A DNA stretch of 64,000 nucleotides, from the IMG/VR virus record IMGVR_UViG_3300026522_000846; one strand, 5' to 3'. Position numbers and translations under genes: made by a program. Origin of the DNA: an uncultured virus (IMG/VR IMGVR_UViG_3300026522_000846). Lineage: Duplodnaviria > Heunggongvirae > Uroviricota > Caudoviricetes. The notes under the pieces are model-generated. The model ran no database searches. It was not told where the DNA came from and saw nothing but the letters and a program-made list of their open reading frames with translations. Each line of letters starts with the position of its first letter. The stretch's first letter is position 1. Below, piece after piece: positions 58,668 to 64,000 of this stretch.

Positions 58668-58910
58668 ATGTTTAAGTATGGTGTCTATTGTGAAAAAACG
58701 AACCGTACAATCTACCGGGTGTTCTCGTCGGATGTTTTCGAAGAAGCAGAAAGAAAAGGGTTCGTGAAGGTAAGAGAGACAGAAACAGAAATGGAAGCTA
58801 TTCAGGAAGCAAGACGGTTCAATCTGAGCTTTCGTTATACGAAGTGGAACGATACTTTGTATCGTTCCACTTTGCCTTGCAAAAGGCTTCAGAACCGTTC
58901 CATTAGATAA
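58668..58910 (+). CDS. Small protein, paralog of 3747..3941, with a repeat-derived C-terminus
   Basis: C-terminus WNDTLYRSTLPCKRLQNRSIR is encoded by A/B modules at 58844-58903. Confidence 0.65.
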   Translation: MFKYGVYCEKTNRTIYRVFSSDVFEEAERKGFVKVRETETEMEAIQEARRFNLSFRYTKWNDTLYRSTLPCKRLQNRSIR

Positions 58911-59132
58911 ACAAGAAAGTATTAAGTCGGAGTAGTTCACAAATCGGAAGGGGAAATCAATGAAAGATAAGAAGTTTACTTGTGAAGATTGTATGTTTTC
59001 TGTTTTCCTTGTTGATGAGGAAACTTTCTGGTGTCCAAAGCACAACATGAATTGCAATAGTGTGGAAAGAGAGATCGGTTCTCCTTTTCCTTGTGAGCTA
59101 TTCCAGAAGATGGAAGAGTGAGGTAGAGAAGA

Positions 59133-59579
59133 ATGACGAAAGAAGAAGCGGTAAATAAAATCAAAGGTTATCTCACCGATTATCTTCCAATCGAAGATTA
59201 TGGAAAATTGGAAGAAATCGTCAAAGCACTAGAACAAGAGCCTTGCAAGGATACGGTGAGCAGGCAAGCAGTACTTGATACGTTAAATAAAATGGATTCG
59301 GTACTGGACGAGGATAGGACAGTAGAAACGTATAAGGAATTACTTATTGCTTGTTATAACAATTTGCCATCCGTAACACCTGCACCGAAAAAATGCCACA
59401 ATGTCAACACGAACTATGGAGAATGTGACCAGTTTGTTTGTTCTAACTGCGGTATTGAACTTCAGGATTGGAGCAGAATAGAACGTAACGAAGACGGTGA
59501 TGACATTATATATCACGAATATGAGTTTAAGTATTGCCCGAATTGCGGGGCAAAAATCGATGAGAGGGGAAAAGAATGA
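59133..59579 (+). CDS. Phage-like zinc-ribbon protein
   Basis: VSRQAVLD...CSNCG...YCPNCGAKI. Confidence 0.7.
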   Translation: MTKEEAVNKIKGYLTDYLPIEDYGKLEEIVKALEQEPCKDTVSRQAVLDTLNKMDSVLDEDRTVETYKELLIACYNNLPSVTPAPKKCHNVNTNYGECDQFVCSNCGIELQDWSRIERNEDGDDIIYHEYEFKYCPNCGAKIDERGKE

Positions 59580-59836
59580 CGGTACAAGAAGCAATCACAC
59601 ATGGCAAAGAACAATTAGAGATATTTGGTGGCGAACACGCAGAGTTTATTGGGATAGCCATCCGTGCATTAGAAATGCAGAAGGAATTAGCAGAGTATAG
59701 CGGAATGGATATTTGCAGGTGGATCGAGGACTACGATTTTGAAGAAGACAACATCTCGGAATACGAATATGAAGCGAGCGTTGACGACTTCTTGATAGAT
59801 GAAACAAGAGAAGAGGTAAAGAAGAATGACAAGTGA
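59576..59836 (+). CDS. Phage-like hypothetical protein
   Basis: Coupled ORF with AIRALE. Confidence 0.6.
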   Translation: MTVQEAITHGKEQLEIFGGEHAEFIGIAIRALEMQKELAEYSGMDICRWIEDYDFEEDNISEYEYEASVDDFLIDETREEVKKNDK

Positions 59837-59905
59837 AGAATCAAACGCAAGGCGGATATGCTGTCCTATGTGTGACAAGAAGAAGTGTGACAGAGAAGCG
59901 GATGA

Positions 59906-60307
59906 TTGCGATGTAAAGAAATATTTGAAAAACAGAAAAGGTGGAGAAGAATGACAACGAAAGAGAAAGCAATCGAGCAGCTTGAACGGATCAGTAGTCG
60001 CTTAGCTTCCATCGGAGAAAAAGAAGACTACACCGATGTAGCCATCCAAGCCTTAGAGCAGACAAGATGGATTCCTTGCAGCGAACGACTGCCGAAAGAA
60101 AACGAGTATGTAGATAGTGTTTCGAAGTATTATCTTGTACAAAATGAGTATGGAGATATGTTAGTTGCCAGATACAAGAGGGACTACTGGGAAGAGATCT
60201 ATCACATAGAACCTGTTACCGATAAGATCGTGGCGTGGATGCCATTACCGGAGAGATACAAGGAGAGAGCGAAGGATGAAGAGATCGACAGGCGAATTCC
60301 CCTCTAA
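59906..60307 (+). CDS. DUF551-like phage protein
   Basis: WIPCSERLP...VAWMPLPE. Confidence 0.78.
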   Translation: MRCKEIFEKQKRWRRMTTKEKAIEQLERISSRLASIGEKEDYTDVAIQALEQTRWIPCSERLPKENEYVDSVSKYYLVQNEYGDMLVARYKRDYWEEIYHIEPVTDKIVAWMPLPERYKERAKDEEIDRRIPL

Positions 60308-60473
60308 CACACTTACGATCACAAAACCGTACAAGTGCCAGAAGAAAGCGATTCGTTTTCACACCCATTCCATCGTAAGAATGGAAGGACAGAGTGGAAT
60401 CGAACTGACCGAACGGTGTAAGAATTTCTTGGACGAACTAGAAAAGGATGGAAACAAAATATGGCAAATATAG
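60276..60473 (+). CDS. Small hypothetical protein
   Basis: Overlapping, co-oriented ORF. Confidence 0.45.
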   Translation: MKRSTGEFPSNTLTITKPYKCQKKAIRFHTHSIVRMEGQSGIELTERCKNFLDELEKDGNKIWQI

Positions 60474-60633
60474 ACGAGAGATACATAATCAACATCTTAA
60501 CCACATTGGATGATCTCAAGGATGAGTATGGCGATTCGTTTTCCTCTGCGTATCCGGAAGAAACCGAGCTTATCGAAAAGGCTCTTTACCTGTATTATGA
60601 CAAGGTAAAAGAGGAAAGAGGGGAAGAAGTACG

Positions 60634-61278
60634 ATGAATCAGATAAAAGAAAGTGCTACATATAAAGCCGCAATGAAACGGTGCTATGAAACACCACAGA
60701 ACACCCCACATCACATCTACGATGTGGGGCACCATATCGAGGTCGTTGTAAGCCATATTCCGAAGGAATACGCTGATGATATTACAATTACCGCAGCGAT
60801 GTTGCATGACATCGGAAAGCCCGATGTCAGAGAGACAAAGCCTGACGGTACAGACCGGTTCATCGGTCATGCCAAAAGGAGTGCCGAAATCGCCGAGGAG
60901 ATCCTTGACGAAACAGGCATTTGTAGAGATAAAAAAACGATTCTTTGGATCATTAAGCATCATGAAATCGGGGATGTCATGCGTCCGAAAACGATCCGAA
61001 GGATGCTGAATGAAATGGGTCTTTCAAATATACTTCGCCTATTTGTTGTTCGCTATGCGGACATCATGGGGCAGAGCGATTACGAAAGATCCGAAAAACT
61101 CAATACCATCATAGCAAATCTCGATATACTGTCGATGGTATTAAAGGAAGAGGATAAGTCTGATATGACAGTTCTTGTGCTAAAGACTTATATCAAGAAG
61201 GAAGAGGAGAAGGAAAGGCATGAGCGACTTACTCAAAGAAACGGTCTTTTACAAAAAGGTCACGAGCAGGATTTATGA
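60634..61278 (+). CDS. HD-domain protein
   Basis: QNTPHH.YDVGHH, LHDIGKP, FIGHAKRS and IKHH. Confidence 0.82.
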   Translation: MNQIKESATYKAAMKRCYETPQNTPHHIYDVGHHIEVVVSHIPKEYADDITITAAMLHDIGKPDVRETKPDGTDRFIGHAKRSAEIAEEILDETGICRDKKTILWIIKHHEIGDVMRPKTIRRMLNEMGLSNILRLFVVRYADIMGQSDYERSEKLNTIIANLDILSMVLKEEDKSDMTVLVLKTYIKKEEEKERHERLTQRNGLLQKGHEQDL

Positions 61279-61447
61279 CGATGGCGAACCATTCTGTCGT
61301 CACGAAGTGACAGAAGAGGAAGTCAATACGATCGAAATCCCAAAGGACGCAACCTATGGTGACGTGATAATGCAGATTCTCAAATCTGCAGGAAACTATG
61401 CAAAGAAAGAATGGAATGACACCATTTATAATGTTCAATCAATCTGA
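61220..61447 (+). CDS. Small hypothetical protein
   Basis: AAGGA RBS. Confidence 0.5.
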   Translation: MSDLLKETVFYKKVTSRIYDDGEPFCRHEVTEEEVNTIEIPKDATYGDVIMQILKSAGNYAKKEWNDTIYNVQSI

Positions 61448-61597
61448 AAGATATTGATTTTGATGAAACCAAAAGACCAAACTGCACAAACTGGTGCAGA
61501 AGAATCCGAAAGAGTGGAAAAAGATTGATGAGGGCAGGCTCGATGGTGCGGTTATCAGCGAGACGTTTGAGTGTCCACGAAAGGAAGGAAATAAAGT

Positions 61598-61786
61598 ATG
61601 AAGTATGTGGCAATAATTGATACTCTTGATGAACTGTCAGAAGAAGCAATCGAGCAGATGAAGAACGTAGTTTTTTCCGGTGGCGGTGAACAAGCCCCGT
61701 GGTGCTTTGACATTACAAGTATTGAGAAGGTCAAAGAGGAAGTCAAAGAGGAAAGAATAGAGGATAAAGGAGAAGAGAGGATATGA
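61598..61786 (+). CDS. Small hypothetical protein
   Basis: AAGGAAGG RBS. Confidence 0.55.
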   Translation: MKYVAIIDTLDELSEEAIEQMKNVVFSGGGEQAPWCFDITSIEKVKEEVKEERIEDKGEERI

Positions 61787-62130
61787 GTAAGCAGGAATAT
61801 GAACGGAAATATAGAGTCAAGGAAGATTGGATCTTCAATCTGGAATCCATGCACGGTACACTGTACTGTATTAAAGACGACTTGGAAGATGAAAAGATAG
61901 ATTTTCCCATTACAATTGCAGAAACCAAGATTACAGATTTTGATGACCTGTATCACCTGATCGAGGAGTGTGAGACGCTTGAATGGACTGCAAAAAACAG
62001 GAAAGTGACAGGAACGGAATATGGTAGAATCAAAGAGATCGTAAATTGGAGAGTTGAGCAAAGATATTTCCGGTGTCTTGCAAGCGGAATGAGCGAAAGG
62101 GATGCCGGAGAGTGCTTTCGTGATTTATAA
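61783..62130 (+). CDS. Hypothetical protein
   Basis: Coupled by ATGA overlap. Confidence 0.6.
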   Translation: MSKQEYERKYRVKEDWIFNLESMHGTLYCIKDDLEDEKIDFPITIAETKITDFDDLYHLIEECETLEWTAKNRKVTGTEYGRIKEIVNWRVEQRYFRCLASGMSERDAGECFRDL

Positions 62131-62151
62131 TAAATTTATAATAATGGAGCA

Positions 62152-62619
62152 ATGAACGTTACATCGGCAAAAAAGGAAGGAACAACAATGCAGAAAATTA
62201 TTAGGGGAAAACGATATAATACAGAAACGGCACACCTTTGCGGGGATCGTGAATACGGTGACACCGCAGAGGAACGTGCCTACGAAGCCTTATTTCAGAA
62301 GCGTACAGGGGAATTCTTTCTGTACGGAAAAGGCGGTGTAAAATCAAAATACAGGAAAGAAGTCAGCCTGAACAATTGGGCGTATGGAGAGGAGATCATT
62401 CCCTTGACCGACACACAGGCTAAAGAGTGGGCAGAAACCTATCTGTACCCGGAGGACTATCAGCAGTTCTTTACTGTCGAAGAACCGGAGGAAACAGGGA
62501 AGAAGATACAGTCTTTCTCTCTTTCAGGAGACGTGATAGCAAAGCTCACGAAGTTATCAAGGAAACACAAGATGTCCCGGTCCAAAATCATCGAGGATTT
62601 GGTTCGGAAGGCAGACTGA
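62152..62619 (+). CDS. Hypothetical protein with a C-terminal RHH-like segment
   Basis: IRGKRYNTETA...SFSLS...MSRSKIIEDL. Confidence 0.7.
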   Translation: MNVTSAKKEGTTMQKIIRGKRYNTETAHLCGDREYGDTAEERAYEALFQKRTGEFFLYGKGGVKSKYRKEVSLNNWAYGEEIIPLTDTQAKEWAETYLYPEDYQQFFTVEEPEETGKKIQSFSLSGDVIAKLTKLSRKHKMSRSKIIEDLVRKAD

Positions 62620-62626
62620 TTCCTTC

Positions 62627-62721
62627 TAAACTTGAAACCAACTTGGAACTAACTTTGGACTAAGTTGGGACTAACTTGGAACGAATTGTGACCAGATTGT
62701 GACTAGATTGCGACTAGATTG
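62627..62721. repeat. About 8 degenerate 11-nt tandem repeats
   Basis: CCAACTTGGAA CTAACTTTGGA CTAAGTTGGGA CTAACTTGGAA ... CTAGATTGCGA. Confidence 0.7.
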
Positions 62722-62750
62722 ATTCGGTCGCAAAGGTCAGGAGAAAACCT

Positions 62751-62978
62751 ATGGCAGAGAAGAAGAAAATAGACTTTTGTACAAAGTGCAGGAAAGAGAC
62801 CGAATACTCTCTCACGAAGAAGGGCATTGTACAGACGATCGAAGGCAGGGACTACTGCTTTTTCGTCACCGCAACCATCTGCAAAGAGTGTGGTGCGTTG
62901 ATGAGTCCTCCGGGTCTGATCGACCAGAACGTTCGGGAAGTCGAGGAACAGTACCAAGTAATGCAGGAACGTATTTGA
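62751..62978 (+). CDS. YgiT/MqsA-type zinc-finger protein (possibly a truncated antitoxin)
   Basis: CTKC...CKECG; no HTH follows. Confidence 0.65.
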   Translation: MAEKKKIDFCTKCRKETEYSLTKKGIVQTIEGRDYCFFVTATICKECGALMSPPGLIDQNVREVEEQYQVMQERI

Positions 62979-63124
62979 CTTCCACCTGTTTGATGTTAGA
63001 ATAATGATGATTGAAGAGGTCAAGGAATACGATATTTTACACGATGTAGAGAAAGACTTGGAAGAGTCGAAAAGCTGATACTAGACAATGCTAAACTTTA
63101 AGAACTATTGAGAGGAAACCAAAA

Positions 63125-63556
63125 ATGGCAAATGTTTTTGATACGGCGAAATACATTTTGGAGCAGTCCGGCCCGATGTCAGCAATGAAACTCCAGAAAC
63201 TGTGTTATTACGCACAGGCATGGTCGTTTGTTTGGGACGACACTCCCTTGTTTCCGGAGGACTTTCAGGCGTGGGCAAATGGTCCGGTCTGCCCCGAACT
63301 GTTTGAAAAGACAAAGGGAAAATACACCATAAGTGCCAAGGACGAGACCGGCGGGGAAGGCAATCTCACAAACGACCAGAAGTACACCATCGATCAGGTG
63401 CTTTTGTCCTATGGATGCCAAAGTGCAGAGCGACTGAGCCAACTGACGCAGATGGAAGATCCGTGGAGACTGGCAAAGAAAGGTCTTCCCGAAGGGACGG
63501 GATGTGACCATGTGATTACGAAAGAAAGCATGGCAATGTATTACGGTGGACTGTAA
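63125..63556 (+). CDS. Panacea (DUF4065/SocA-like) antitoxin-domain protein
   Basis: MKLQKLCYYAQAW, FQAWANGPV and EDPW. Confidence 0.88.
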   Translation: MANVFDTAKYILEQSGPMSAMKLQKLCYYAQAWSFVWDDTPLFPEDFQAWANGPVCPELFEKTKGKYTISAKDETGGEGNLTNDQKYTIDQVLLSYGCQSAERLSQLTQMEDPWRLAKKGLPEGTGCDHVITKESMAMYYGGL

Positions 63557-63732
63557 TTAACGTTTTCTATCCTTGGTTGACTTTTCTCTCTTTTATTTCC
63601 CATTAGATTTGTTCTGATGGGAATTTTTTTGTTTTTTTCTGTATGGCTTTCAAGATTTTACGCATAGAAAGAAAAGGAAGCAGAAAAGGAAGCAGAAAAA
63701 AATTAACAATGTTAAATTTAAGGAGAAAAATT

Positions 63733-64000
63733 ATGCCAGATAACATAATATATAATAAATATATTTATATTTCGATTGCCCTTGCAGTAATTGGTGTTCT
63801 TTTGATTATTTATAAGCATTATTTTATTACTAATTTTATAAAGACGAATGCTGTTCTTTCTGGAATTAAAGTAGAAAGCTCTTTTACTAGAGGAATTGAT
63901 AATTTTTATTATGATTTATATTTATATCATGGTGTATATCAATTTGAATATAAAGGCATGACATTAACAAAAGAGGAAAGTAGAGGAACTCTACTTAAAA
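63733..64000 (+). CDS. Membrane protein, partial (runs off the window)
   Basis: AAGGAG RBS; MPDNIIYINIFIFRFALAVIGVLLIIY...; AT-rich. Confidence 0.55.
   Translation, partial: MPDNIIYNKYIYISIALAVIGVLLIIYKHYFITNFIKTNAVLSGIKVESSFTRGIDNFYYDLYLYHGVYQFEYKGMTLTKEESRGTLLK

Noticed and set aside
2717..58903. Family-A hairpins as ordinary intrinsic terminators
   Set aside because: Many lie inside coding sequence, most lack U-tracts, and several have reconstructable empty sites. A few may act as terminators secondarily.
59133..62130. Prophage
   Set aside because: Only small phage-like accessory ORFs; no structural, terminase or integrase genes in the window.
1..64000. tRNA or rRNA genes
   Set aside because: None recognised by eye; a tRNAscan-SE or Infernal run would be needed to exclude them.

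Overview
About 64 kb of a large, low-GC (roughly 40-45% by eye) Bacillota (Lachnospiraceae-like) extrachromosomal element, most likely a conjugative megaplasmid. It encodes a Rep_3 initiator with iteron-like repeats, adjacent ParA and ParM partition cassettes, an intein-containing VirB11/CpaF ATPase, a large NlpC/P60 protein, three helicases (SNF2, RecD2, UvrD), a RecU-like resolvase and two blocks of small phage-like ORFs. It also carries IS200/IS605 and IS607 elements: a partial tnpA, three tnpB genes, one iscB with its omegaRNA, and an omegaRNA-only MITE. The main unexplained signal is a dense set of nested, modular palindromic mini-elements. Family A is ATGG-hairpin-CCTAGG-hairpin-CCAT (usually a 57-nt unit, or a 27-nt half unit) at about 30 loci, family B is a 51-nt unit and family C is a 30-nt unit. 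They insert in-frame in many proteins, nest inside each other's loops, form a four-unit array at 39058-39282, and in two cases break a gene. Other observations: a 17-copy gene-oriented TTTAnnCATA(A/G)AAA upstream motif, a gene nested out of frame inside the DNA methyltransferase, a tnpB bounded by inverted repeats at a junction of two broken RM genes, and a 58-bp inverted repeat around the parA cassette. All calls come from reading the sequence; no database searches were run.
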